Assembly (NCBI GenBank): GCA_010093605.1
Contig: MU004189.1
Coordinates: 1,371,834-1,435,833, forward strand
Direction of reading: 5' to 3'
Length of the DNA: 64,000 nt
Origin: Lophium mytilinum
Taxonomy: Eukaryota
The position numbers and the translations under genes were made by a program. Below, piece after piece: positions 35,862-49,400 of the stretch. Every line of letters starts with the position of its first letter. The first letter of the stretch is position 1. The notes under the pieces are model-generated. The model saw nothing but the letters and a program-made list of their open reading frames with translations, had not been told where the DNA came from and did no database searches.

Positions 35862-37449
35862 TTTGGGTTTTGGGGAATGAAGTGCGGGATTTGAAGGGGA
35901 GACTTTCAATCCGAAGGACTTCGACGCTGTTAATACCAGGAAAGGCTAGAAATAAGGCTTGACGCGGAGAAGAATAGAAGAAGTCTAACAAAGGCGCTCT
36001 ATAGAAGAGGAAGGTATCGTGAAGCCAGAACTTTCAAACCGCAATCGGGCACCACATCTATATACGCGCCCCTCTATGACCAGCTGCGCCAGATGCCTAC
36101 CACAAGCAGCAGAGTTTACGAGTTCGCCTTTCAGCCCTTTGACTGTGGGCGGACCTTTTCCATGTAACTAGCAAGGCTATGCGACGCGCCAACACGCTTC
36201 AGCCCCAGTCTTAGATGGGTCGGGTAACAGAGAACGAGCCACCCAATCACAGCCCATGATCTAAGAATGGCATGGAGCTAAGCAACGCTTAATCTTATCT
36301 TAATTTGGTAGTGAAGGAGCGCCGCTTGGGCCCGCCGCGCGTCGGTTGGACTTTTGCTAATTGCGAAAGGCTTGGAAGTTGGGGAGTCTGCCTTGTCTCA
36401 TCATGAAGTGTTTGTCTTGATACAGAAGTATTCTTGCGAAACCTACCGTAACGCGTCGCCATATTTTGCGTTGTTCGTGCATTGAAACCGTTCGGTACTG
36501 CCAATCTCGCAAGGTTCTCTGGATGGGATCAATGATGGTCTTGGTACGACATCTGCCCCGCTATGATTGGTAACCAGAGTATGGTAGGGTACCTTCTATT
36601 TGGGTGTCCTCCTTGAGCTGTGGGTTGTCTTGGTATATGGTTCGAGTGCTGCAGCGGCGGGAAAAACACGTCAGTTCCTCGTATTCTTTTAGCGAGAAGG
36701 GCCAGGCTCTTGTTGTCTAGATTTTCTCGTCTCCTCAACAAGTCAACAATGCTATTGCCATGCGGTTAATACAATCGTCGCCTGAGGCATTGCAAGTTCG
36801 AGTATCTGCGGCGAAGCCTTGTGGACCGCAGCTGGCGAGAACGAAGCCACCCTGCCACCCAGGCCACTACTCGGCTGTTTTAGCCCGCGACCGCAGCGAA
36901 TTGCGACTACTTCAGCTTCGACCTTCCTTGTCAATAGAACACGTAAAGAAGAAGCAACATAAGCACTAGAAGACGGTATCTCCGCGAGCAGATTGGTTGT
37001 CATCACGGCATGAGCTCCACTCCGAGCTGCATGGTTAAGTGAGATTGCCATCCTTTTAAAAGATGTCCATACTTTTAGACAGCGAACCTCAAATATGACT
37101 GACAGGACGCGATGTAAGTCACAATACTACGTGATGTTCAGTATAGTCTCTCTCGGCTTAGTCTCCACTGCGCATCGTCTCCTTTCCACGCTTCTAGAGC
37201 ACTCTCACTATTCTCACCAGATGTTGTGCTTCATGTCAGTACTATCCTAAACTTTGTCAGCCTTATCTCTTGGTATGAACAGGCACGGCTGCGCAAGGCT
37301 GGAGAAAGCGATTCCTCGGCGGAGGCTGTACTAGGCAGAAGTTCCTGGACCACGACAAGTTCAATAGTTTCCTACCATTCTTTTCTGAGCTATATTCTGG
37401 TGCTCGTCTTTTGCAATAGTGCATCTTCGTTTTGTTGAACTGACGGAGA

Positions 37450-37750
37450 ATAAATCCACATAGTGCTATCGCCTCTATTGCGGGACTTCCGATGGCTGCG
37501 GGGAAGATATCCGGGATCACTGCGTCAATCACAACAAGTGTCCAAGAAGCGCCAAATCTTGCAAACAAAATACTTGAAAAAGTCAGAAAGAAAGCTATAT
37601 ACCGGACCGCAGTGGTGAATCTTCTAGGCGGAAGACTTCTGTCTGTTTTCAGTAGCAAGCTAATTTCTTTGAGATACCGTGACGATATCGCCCGTGACGG
37701 AGGGATTCACGAAAACCTTTCACACTACCATAAGCAGAGAAGTGACCCTT
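37450..37750 (+). pseudogene. Relic of a HeLo-like/SesA-type fungal STAND N-terminal domain gene
   Basis: Reads INPHSAIASIAGLPMAAGKISGITASITTSVQEAPNLANKILEKV; ATA AAT CCA CAT AGT looks like a mutated ATG GAT CCA CTT AGT (MDPLS). Similarity appears to continue in another frame (DTVTISPVTEGFTKTF). Confidence 0.5.
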
Positions 37751-37783
37751 TCATGGCTACAGTCGACTCTTGCCCGAACAAAG

Positions 37784-38760
37784 CTACTCATGAAGCCTGT
37801 GCATCGAATTTTCCGCCCTCGCAGCACAATGTCCTGGTTCAATAGACTTGTCACGCATTCTTCGGTCAAAGCTCTCCAGAGATATCCACCCTTTGAAGCC
37901 CTTCTCCAAGACCCACGCCTGCACCATCTCTTTCACCGGCATATAGCCGCCAAGGCCTGATTCCAGAGGAAATGGGCGCGCATGTTTCGACCACGTGAAT
38001 TCAGCCGCCTCCCCTTCAACGTACCACGGATGCTTGTCCGAGAAGGGTGGATCAAAACGCTCTCCATCCGCGAGCTGGATGTAAAACAGTTTTTCTAGCG
38101 GAAAGTCTTGTACAAAGTCGCGAAGCGAATTGGCTAGGTTCTTGTCTCCACTTGGGTACTTCCCAGAGGGGTCATATGGGTTTCCCCAAATCTTGCTCGC
38201 TATGTGAAAGGTGTCGAGGCAAATGCCGAAGTTGGATCGATCTACGAGATTGGCGAGGCGAAGAGAATCTTGCCAGGTGCGATAGCAGACTGACCAAGAC
38301 ATTGGCTCGTATGCAATGGAGATAACCAGTTCAGCGGCGCTGGCCAAGTCCGCGAGCTGTTGCAGCTCGGAAACGATGAGAGCTTCATCTTCGATGGCAT
38401 CTTTGCCGAATTGTGCAGGTACCTGCATGTATGTGGCACCCAGGATACGCGCGATCTTGATCCATTCGGCTGCTACACTGAGTCGTTCCTCAAGCGGCGA
38501 GGTATGGCCTTCGAAATTCTCGAATGGGCATAGCGAAGTATTTCGAGTCCTTCTTCCCGACACAATTGGCGGACAAGGTCTGCACCTATTTCTATGTCTA
38601 CTTTTCGCGATGTAGTGTAATTCTTGAGGTCGGCGTGTACAATTTCAATGCCTTCGAAGCTATGGCTGGCGGCGGCATGGATCTTGTGGTCGAGGGAATG
38701 CGATGGATGAAGCCCCAAGGATGAGGTGCTGATGGCGAGTTTGTTGTTAAAGGTCTTCAT
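37784..38760 (-). pseudogene. Xylose-isomerase-like TIM-barrel protein (3-dehydroshikimate dehydratase / AP-endonuclease-2 family) interrupted by a 1-bp frameshift
   Basis: LAISTSSLG..FEGIEI in one frame, then SLCPFENFEG, AYEPMSW, FGICLDTFH, YIQLADGE and WISLESF in another; the switch is at about 38536 with no intron. Confidence 0.75.
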
Positions 38761-39635
38761 GGCGGGGAATATGAAAAGTTTGAAGTTCGTGTTAATACCT
38801 TACCATGCTAAATATATACATATATAAGAGCCATACTGTTTGGTGCATTAGCGGGGAGAATTGCGCCTGGCACGATCCTAAGGGGAATTTGTCCCGCCAC
38901 CTGGGCAGGAGATTGAAATCCCCAAGGTTAGAGGTGCACCTTTCTCCACTGGGATCGCCGTTCAAGACAACAATCTTGAAACTCCGGATTTAGATCAAAA
39001 ATGCCACTCATCCTTCCTAGGACTTCACATCTTACCGGCGATCAACAACGCGACTGTCGATTCCACGTTAGGTCCATAGAAGTTCGTCAAAAGACGGAAC
39101 ATTGATTACCAGATTAGAGGAGAAACCCCCAGAATAACAGAGGATGACTAAGGAGAAATTACAAAGAACACCATGACCTCAGACGCGAGACCTTCCATCT
39201 CAACCCTTTGGTCTCAAGACGCTTTTCACTTCCTGCGAACAGGAAGTATTCCAGAGCCTGCCTGCTTATCTTCAGTTTTGAAATTTGGCAGCCCTCCTGT
39301 ACTGGAGTTTTGCGGCTGTCGATACCTACAAAGCTGTATCCAATAACGACCTCGGGACGCCCGAGACTGCCTCAAGATGCAGGAATTCAGCCTTGCGAGG
39401 CACCCAAGCTGGAGAGGCACAGCCGACATGGCTGCCGACCGTATTGCTAACAGCGCCTTGGGTTAACCCTACTTATCTCTCGAGCTCAAGACAGCCTGCC
39501 TCGACCACAGTATCGTTCACGTCCGCATAGTTGCACCTCATCGCTTTGATGCCACATCGAGTCCTCGCAGGCCAATCCTCTTGACCACGAAACAACCACC
39601 CGAGGCCTAAGAGTCGCACATGAACTCCTTGCAAG

Positions 39636-42600
39636 ATGTCAGCCCACCGCATTGACGCAATACCGGCACAGCCATGGGCACTTGCCAAAGCGCGGTACAC
39701 GGAGGACCTGTCGGACGAGGAACAGAGCCTCTTCGAGACGGCAACGCTAGATAATATATTCTATAGAGCTAGTGCAGCGGAGAAGAAACACAAGGCAGAG
39801 AGCAAAACGCGGGCTGTGCATGAGAAAATGCGACCGCTGCTGGAGGCAGTGGAAGACTATGGGAAAGCGATGGATGTGTACGCCAACACTTATTCGCTAG
39901 CTTTGGCACCAATCTGGGGCAGTATCAGAGTCTTACTGCAAGTAAGTAGACTAGTTCGGTAGAAATTACATAGGGCTTATGCGACACGTTCGCTAACTTG
40001 AACCAAGTATGCTTCAGACTTTGGGAAATACTATGAAAAAATAGTCGATATACTTGCTCGAATCGGCGATGTACTACCCCGTTTTCGAATCTATGAGCGC
40101 CTGTTCCCAGACCACACACGTCTGGTTCTTGCACTAGCAGACGCATATCTAGACATCATCAAGTTCTGCACTGACGCCAAAGCTGTCTTCACGGCGGGCA
40201 AGAATTCACGCAAACCCTTCAAAATCATCTGGAAACCATTTAGCAAAAGATTTGATGCATATTTATACCAATTCCGAAGACATCAAAAGGAGGTGGAGAA
40301 GGAAGCGGGTGTGTCACACATGATCGAAAGCAAACAAGAACGAGAAATGGAACAAGCGAACAGGGAATTGCAAGAGCGAAACATGAAGAAAGAGATGCGC
40401 CGCCAAGTCCTCACGCGACTTTCTACAGGAGAGTACCAAGCGAACCACAACAGAGCCCGGTGTGTCCGGATAGATGGAACCGGGGAGTGGGTTTTGAGCC
40501 ATCCCTCATTCACTGCTTGGCTTCAAGACTCAAAAAGTGGTTGCTTCTGTTGCTTCGGCATACCAGGGTCTGGCAAAACTGTCCTCGCATCAGCCATCAT
40601 TGATTCCTTGCTCGTTCGAGATACCGACAACGAGGCCGTGGTTGCGTACTATTATTGTGACTACGCCAATCCCACGACCTTGGAAATGGGTACCATCATT
40701 GGTTCGCTCGTAAGACAACTCATCGAGAAACTTGAACCAGAGATAACAGATCAACTCGAAGAAGAGGTGAACAAATGCTACGAGACGGTGTCTCCCAACT
40801 TGATCTGTGGTGGGCTTACAAAACTGCTTCATCGCTTCATCGATCAATCAAAATCAGTCTTTTTCGTTCTGGATGGAATTGATGAGTTATCGCGGCGTAA
40901 TCAGTCTGAATTACATCGGATCGTATCGGAAACCATAGATCACAATAATTGCGCCGTGAAAGTATTTCTCACCAGCCGTCGCGAAGAGAGATTAATCAGA
41001 AAACTCTTTGCCGAATATTCATCCATTGACATGTCTGACACCCAGAATCAAACCCAAATTTCTCAGTACATACGCTGTACGATCGAAGGGAGGATCAAGT
41101 CCGAAGAGCTCCGTATCAGAGACCCAGATCTGAAGGATGAGATTATTATCGCTCTTGTAAATGGCGCCAAAGACATGTAAGAAATCTTCTTAGTGGATTG
41201 ACTAAAACACCACTAATTCTGCGAACTGATCCCTCACCAGGTTTCTTTGGGTTAAATTCCAGATTGATGACATCTGCGGAGCCCTATGTGATTCCGATAT
41301 ACGTCATATACTCACGCACTTGCCAAAAGACCTTAGAGAAACATACACAAGAATTCTGGACAAGGTTGCTACATCCCCTGGTGGGCATTTGAACGTCAAA
41401 ACAGCAATGCGCATTTTCAAATGGCTCGTATGTGCTCGCCGTACTTTGACGATTGACGAACTTCAAGAGGCGATGGCAATCGACAAAAAGGATAAGTTCC
41501 TCGATGCCACAAAAATCCCAACTGATAAACTTGAAATGATTCAGGTTTGTGGAAACTTGGTCACATATGATCGAGAAGACCACATTGTCAGGTTTGCGCA
41601 CCATACCGTACGGCAATTTCTGGTTTCAGACAATTCGGCAGATCCTTTCTCAGATCTTAACGACTACTCGTCCGCTGGATGGTCCCAGTTTTCTTTGGAA
41701 GAAGCCAAAGAAATGGTTGGGCAACTTTGTCATGACTACCTCTATTTTTCTGACTTTGAACAACAAATAACTCGCATAGAAAATCGACCTGTAGTTACCA
41801 AAACCTCAACACTGAACAGTTTGATATGGGCCGGAGTTCCGTCTACTGTGTCGACAGTTTTCAAAACACTTTTTGGGACCTCCTCGGTGTCAAACGCCGT
41901 CACTCTGGATGGGAATCTTTTGCAATCCAAGCCAGTACCGCCATTGCTACACAAGAAGTACCGGTTACTTGACTACGTCACCACTTACTGGGTGTGGCAC
42001 ATCTTCGACCTCGAGCTACCAAGATCGAGAATCATGGACCTTGTTGAGACAAAGCAGCTATCCTTCGAATTCCGACCTTGGAAGACAGGACCATATGCCG
42101 CAATTAAACCACCCAGTACTCTACACATGCTCAGTACCTTTAGATTCGCACTAGCTGAAGGCTTATTGCCCCTTCTCAGAACCTGCGAGCCACGCATTGC
42201 AGACTGCTATGATTCGGAGATCAAGATGGGGAGAAATCCAGCTATTTTAGCCTGTGAACTCAATCATCCCTCTGTCTTGGAAGAACTTGTTCCGCTAGAG
42301 TTTCGTCGTTTCCTCGGTGAAGGCCCCAAAAATCCGTTTGCATGGGCTTTAATCAACGCTGCATCATACAGTTCATCGCCAGCATGCCTCCATAAAGTTA
42401 TTGACGCATTTATCGCGGATTTCCAGATCCGCTGGGTAGACCCGACGCTCATCGATCAGATTTTCCTCATCCTATGCGATGCCACAAAAGCTGGAAATCT
42501 TCAAGTTGTGGAAAATATCCTCGCACAAGACATAGCTTCAGACCTTCGGGCTCGCTGTACGCAATCGCCGAGCCTTACAACTCTCACACAGCCTCCGGAA

Positions 42601-44379
42601 TTTGCGGCAGCTAATGGCTGTATTTCCATTCTGAAGCTCTTTATTAAGCATAACTGGAATTTGAAAAGTTCGATGGCTTTCGCTGCGATGAATGTTCGAA
42701 AAGACGCTCTGCGAACTCTGCTAGTTCGGACCCAAGCTAGCGAGTTTTCCCCATACGTACTCAGCCGCGCCGTGTCCGCAGACGACGAAGACGTCGAACC
42801 TATCAACCTACCGGAACCACCTACCGCTGAGACCAGCAACCCATTCAGAGCGCGTGTCATTGCTAGAAGTCTGGACTCATCAATCTATACATCCACGACA
42901 TATTTCGACGCAATCGATCACGCTTTCATGGTTGCACTCCAGCTGAGCGCGGGAATCTTCGAGAGATCTGAAATAGTGAAGCTGCTCTTAGAGTATGGAG
43001 CCAACGTCAACCAAGTATGCCAGACCACGGACGGGTTAATTCGAAAAAGTTCCATATTCTTGGCGATCGATCGTGGAGACTTAGGGCTTATTGAGACACT
43101 TCTACAAGCCCAGAAATCCTACCTCGGGTTGTGGGGATATCCATTACCATGGGGATTTCCGGATCAGTCGCCTCTGCGGTATGCTTGTTCACAAGAATAT
43201 CTTAAGATTGCAGCCTTTTTGCTTGCCCATGACGGATTTGACATCAATGTGCAGGACAGGCGAGGTTGGACAGAGTTGCAATCTGCCGTAGAAGCGCAAG
43301 ATTACACTGATAGCTGGAAAAATAATGAGTTTGTCATCAAGCGCTTACTTACGCACCCAGATATAGACGTCAATGTTCCGAACTTCCATGGAAATACTGC
43401 TCTCCACATTTCGGCTTCGCGCATTGTTCTCGAGGAAGCCGATGTCGAAGAACGCATGAAACGATATCCGGGCCCAGTAAGCATTCAGCCTGCAGATGCG
43501 GTCACGACTTTCCAGTGTTTACTCGCAGATCCACGGATAGACGTCAACGCTGTAGACAGGAATGGGGCTACCGTCCTCCACCTTGCCGCCAAGGGGAATT
43601 GTCGCACCATAGTTCAAATACTCCTAGATCATCCAAAGGTCAACTTCAACGCCATGACCGGCGATGGAGACACAGCTCTCCATGTTGCAGCTCATAGTGG
43701 GAGTTCTGCAGTTACTCAGTTTCTACTCGGCCACAAAGACGTAAAGGTGAACGCTTTAAACAAGAGAAGAAACACTCCTCTCCATCTTGCAGTATCTTCG
43801 AGCCTCCCTCAGATCGTAGAGATTATACTCCAACATCCAGAGGTCGATTTCAGCATCGCCAACGAGAACTCCGAAACTGTTCTGCTCATGGCTAGGGAGG
43901 GGCAAGGTTCCGTCCGAAAGCATGCTCGCAACGCCATCGCAAAGATGTTCGCAGCACACCCACAAACGGATCTGCTTACGAACAACTTCCTGCACCTGGC
44001 AGTTATGCAGGATAACCCAGAACTACTCGAATTACTTCTTCCCTATCACGAGGGGAGGCTTTTCGGCAAGAATGGCGACGGTCAAACACCTCTGGAGCTT
44101 GCCATTTATCAGAGGAGATTCGACCTAGGATGCTCTATTGTCACAGCGTGCGTAGAGTCGGACATCCAAGACCTAACTACGGATATCTACAACATCATTG
44201 CTATGGTCAACAGCCATCCCACGTTGAGACGCGAAGCAGGTTTCAACAAAATGAAGCGCGCACTAGCAAGGCTGGCACAAAACATTGAAGATAGGGACGC
44301 TAGAATACGAGTGCAAGCCTTGTCAACTAAATGGGTAAATCTTTTTTTTGATTGGGGTATTGGATTTGAACTGGACTGA
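39636..44379 (+). CDS. Fungal NLR-like STAND protein: Goodbye-like helical N-terminus, NACHT NTPase, winged helix and ankyrin repeats; 3 exons
   Basis: LAPIWGSIRVLL and LPRFRIYERLF N-terminal motifs; Walker A GIPGSGKT; YYYCDY; Walker B FFVLDGIDE; LTSR; VRFAHHTVRQFL; ankyrin repeats GNTALH, GATVLHLAA, GDTALHVAA, NTPLHLAV, GQTPLELA. Introns 39942-40007 and 41177-41240. Confidence 0.92.
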
Positions 44380-46493
44380 GCAGGAGCTGGAGTAGCCGGA
44401 AGGACGCCCCTTCCGACCACTTGAGGGACTTTACGTCTAGGCCCAACCATCCCGGAGTTCCATCATGAATCTTGCTGGATACAGTTGAGTGAGGCCCTAA
44501 TCTAGTCCGCTTCAATACACTACTGCAGCAAACCGAGATGTTAGGAGCAGTAAGGCTATTGGCATCTTACGTACCCATGACAAGGTAAACAATCCTCTTT
44601 GGGTTCTCTAGAATCAGCCTCTGATCAGGTCTGCAGTTCTCTCACGCTTCTGACGACTTTACGGAACTCGATGACTGGACGACACTTATGATATCGCAGA
44701 GATTGCCTTTCAAACCGCGCTAGGTGTGGAGGAAGTGGCGCAATCAGGGAGTTGTCATAGGAACGAGCTTACTGGAAAGCAAGATGTCAACTAAGACAAG
44801 GGTCATTTGGTGATGGGCGAGGGGATGTTGGTGCGGTATATGCCAATATGGGCGTTGGGACTAGAATGGAGGCCGTACCTGCCATGAATTATACGGCACT
44901 TCACTATACGCGACGAGATCTTCTGGCCCATAGACACATGCGGGGCGTCCAAAAGATGGCACTCTACGTTTGAAGAAGCCGCGGTGTAGGTACAGTACAC
45001 TTGTATGCCAACCCTCGGGGTGCCTTCGTACATTCTCAGAACCTCAGGCGTGATGGTAGGTCATGATCAATATCATAGACCGTTAATACACACCACTATC
45101 ACACGCTACCAATGAACCACACTACCTTCCCCATTCCTGAGAACCCATTATCAAACCTCCGTCTCCCTCATCATCTCCGAGTCCATTTTCTCGCCATCAT
45201 CACCCCAGGCAACCAACGCCCACCATCACCACCCCCTCCCTTCCTCGCCCTCCACCCATCAAATACTGCTTCACCGCTGTCAATCCCACCACCATCAATG
45301 CTTGTTGCTGGTGATTTTGCACACTCCCCCGCTCCACCCGCCATTGAAACCTTTGACGTGTTCTTTGACCACCCTTCCCACCGCTTCATCTCTTCTTTTT
45401 TTTCACTCCTCCTCCACCCACCCCTCATGCGAAGAAAGTGCAGCGGGATTTTTGATCCACCCCTCCCATCGCTAGACGGAGTCGCTGCTTTTGCACCACT
45501 CCATCAACTGGTGCAGATGGTTTTTGAACACGCCCTCCTCCCCCCGCTCCATGAGGTTGATTTTACGTTCGTGTTGATCCACCACTCCAGAACAGCCCAC
45601 CCCATCGGGGTGTTGTAAGGTTGAGTTTATTGCTCCACCTCCCCAGCCATGAACTCTTCTATTTGATTCAGTTGATCCAGCACTACCCAGTGCAGCCATG
45701 ACTAGATCTAAGGTTGAGGTTTGATCAGCGCTCCTCTTCCTCCTTCCTACCCTGCCCTGGGGAAGAACAGAGAAGAGTTGAGGGCGGTGGAGCTTTTATA
45801 CCTAAAAGAAAGGAAGGGTGCTCGGATGCACGTGCTGGACACCCCTCTCACGTGTTCATGATCAGATGGCCAACCTGCAAGGGTCACGATTGAGGAGGTC
45901 CGAGGCGCTATGAGAGTAAGCAAGATATACATATAGTTGTCACAGCGGCGATGACGGCTGAGGGCTCTCAAGTAATTATATTCATAGCGAGAGCCATGCC
46001 AACCCAGCTCCTACAACGGTATATCAATCCAGAATGTTGGGTAGACGACTTTCAACGTCTCGCATCCCACATCCCTCGTTCAAGACTACACAACCTATAC
46101 CAACCATACACCCAAGCAATTCAAACAGCCGACCTTTCCCGCTTCCTCATCCACGCATCCCCACATCCCACCTTAAACCATCAACACACAAAATACAAAA
46201 CACGCCGAAGATCACAAATCTAATAATCCAACAACACGCACCAAGATTACCTTCCCGTATACCCAAGAAAAAAGCAGCCGTCATGACATCGTAAAAACAC
46301 TTTGCTCGCTGTGCAGAAAACATTACGTAGTATCAAAAAACCGAAAAAAAGAGCCTGAAAGCCGGAAACGGGGGTATGTATATCCAAGAGAGTAAGTGCC
46401 CGTATCCACAAGCCTAGAATAGTCACAATAGAAAAGGGGAAATATGATGTAGGTACATTCGAGACATGGGGGTGGAGGGGGAAAGGGGATAAA

Positions 46494-49400
46494 TCACTCC
46501 CACTTCCGGCTCCAAACAGAAATCTCCTCATCGCTCAGCGCCGCCATCCACAGACAGCGGCTCACGATCGCGGGCTCGGGGGTGAAGGTGTATTTGGAGC
46601 TTGCTTCCAGTAATCGAAGAAGGGATTTCACGATGGACGCGGCGGTGTGGTGGCGTTCGAAGTTGACGAGGCGCTCGCCCCCGACGGGGCCGTCGCCGAT
46701 GAAGGCGGGTTTTTGGGCGTTGTAGATTAGATCGCGGGTGTAAATACCTAAAAACTCTAGTCAGCACCGCTTTCAGAAAAGAAAGAGACAAAAGGGTAGG
46801 CTTACCAATAAAAGGAATACACCCCTCCTCCAAACTCGCCGTCTCCATCTCCACACGCAGATTATGGAAGTTGCGCAGCGGTTGAACGAGGGCCTCGAGG
46901 TCGCGCATCGTCTGCATCTCCGCGGCTGGCACAAGCTCCCACGTCCGCTTCAACCGTGCGCAGTCTGTGCTTAGCAGCGCAATCGTGATCTGGTACATTG
47001 TCGCGTAATTCCTAAACCGCCTCGCATGCGACGCGATGTGGATGTACTTGACAATGCATCTCGCGCGCTCTTCCATATTCTCCGTCAGCACGCACTCGGA
47101 CAGCGCCCACTTGACCATGAGGTTGAACCGCGCGATGACGATGTCGACGCCACGCGGCTCTTCGGTGCGCAGGTAGTCGACCCAGTTGTGGATCTGCGGG
47201 GATGACTGCTTCCAGCGGAGCTCGATGAGTTCTTTCCAGTCGATTTCGTCGAGGGCGTCCTTTTCGATGACGGTGAATTGCTGCGCGAGCGTTTCGGAGT
47301 CGTAGGCAAGGATGAAGGGAAGGTGGGAGGGGGGTTGGGCAGGATCGGTGTCTTTACTTAGGTCTTTTAGCTCGATGGCCTCTGTTTGTTGGGTGGCTTG
47401 GCTGAAGGGGAGCGTGTTTAGTCTGGTGGTTGGGGTGAGACCGGGTGTAGGGAGGCCTCGTTGAAAGACTGTGGTATCGACTGAAGGCATCGGTTTTTGG
47501 AAGCGGTCGGCTGTTAGAGGAGGCGTAGGTGGATGGCGCATCGGGTGGCGCAGAATGTCGTTGTCATTCTCCAGGACTGCAGGCTCGTCGTCAAAGAAGC
47601 TCCTCACACCCTGACTGTCATCGGATCTAGGCGTAGCATCGTTGTCGGACATGTCGCTGAGATCTTCGTCTTCATTCAGCAGGAACGACTCGCGCGGGTT
47701 CGGCGATCTTGGAATCGTGGAACCTTTAGGTATTCGCTTCATGCTGTCTGTTTCCACAACGAACTCCATCGAAGAGTCCGGAGACCCATACTGACGAGTA
47801 GCCTGTGTGCGAGTTCGACTTGGGGAGGATGTTTTGAGAGGTGCTGGCTTTGCTGAATCCCTCATTCGGTCTTGGTGTGATCGGTAGGGCTTCGACACAG
47901 CTTTGTCGCTGAGCCCACGCTCCAAAAGTGGGATTGAGGAGAAGGAGTCCTCAGATTCAGCGATCGAGGATTCAGGACCGGTTCTCCGTGGTGCAAAATC
48001 CTCTCCCGACAGTCTGTATACACTAGTGCCCTCAATCGATGGAGCCGGAGCAGGAGCTCGTCTGTTAATTGACCCGTCAACTGTCTCAGCATTGCTGCTT
48101 AGTGCTCTCGCGGTGTCCGATGACTGGGTTATCGATTGCTGGGAGTTATTAAACTCCGGCGCGCCAGTGGGGCGATACGTTTCTGGAACGCCAGTCGTGC
48201 GAGGTGAAGGGTCTGGGCTCTTCTTCTCGTACTTCCCTTCCAGTTTGAGCAGCGCAGATTCTACACCTCCGTCATCATCAGTATCGTCGGGCAGCGCAGC
48301 AAGCTTTGCCACCTCGGCCTCAAAAGAAGGCCTCAGGTTTGGTTGCGATGAATGGGTTTCAACAAGGGACAAGCGTTTCTTCGGTGTTGCAGATTCAGGA
48401 ACAACTGGATTGCCGAGGCCTTTGTTCCTTTCGGAGGGGTCTACAGGCTTAGTAGCAAGTCCGGACGTATGAATGACAGAGTTGGCTATTGAATGAGTAC
48501 GATTGGAGAGCGTCCCGGTGGAATGAGGACGTTGAATGGGCTCGAGCTCGAGATCATGCACGGTGCCAGCCTGCCTGAGGTTGCCTCCTGGTCGCCTTCG
48601 AAGTTGTCGCGCGGGCTGCCGGTCGAGAACAAACGGATCGTTGTCTGAAGACATGCTCTGGATTGAAGAAGCGCCCAGGCTGGGGTTGGCCTGGTGTTTG
48701 TTCAAGCCACTGTAAGACGTATATCTTCTTAGCGATGTCGATGCCGATCGCGCAGACTTCATTGAGGCCTGGCGTCTTAGTGCAGACGACGGCCGATGAG
48801 TGACTGGCCTGTGACTGGACAATGACCGCTTTGGTAGGCTCTTAATGGACGACGGCGGACGAGCTACATCTTGTGGGGTCTGATACCGCAGTCCAAGACC
48901 TGCCAGGGGAGGTGGATCATCGTAGAGTTCGGAGTGCCTAGTCATCTCCACCCGTTCTTCAGGTACATTCTCGGGCCTTGGAGCATCGTGCCGGTTCGCT
49001 GTCGGCGACCCAGAAGCAGACTGCGATACTGCCCTTTCCACGGGCAATGCTCCAGACATCATGGGCACCATTGGAACGCTAGTGTCGTCGAATATTACGA
49101 TTGACCGACTGCCCATAGTGACGTTGCTGTTTAGCCTGGTGTGTTTGGCACCCGGTGGCCCCAATCTGTCTTCAGATAACTGTGACCTTGGCTTGTTGAT
49201 GGCAAAGTCCCATCCGCCAGTTCCAGCAGCACTGTTAGATCCTTGCTTCTCTAGTTCAAGCTCTGCCTTGATGGCTGCATTAAAGCTTTCTGAAACCTTC
49301 GCTGCTAACGCATCGTACCGGCCCTGGGTTCGGCTGCGCGCATATCTTCGTTTGTGCACTCCACCGGATGATGCAGTGTTGTGAATTAGATTTGGGTCCG

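Noticed and set aside
36700..37050. Stop-interrupted frame with faint ankyrin-like words (GEALWTAAGE)
   Set aside because: Too short and degenerate to call without a profile search.
45112..45700. Overlapping short ORFs in purine/pyrimidine-skewed sequence
   Set aside because: Low complexity with no recognisable domain or splice structure.
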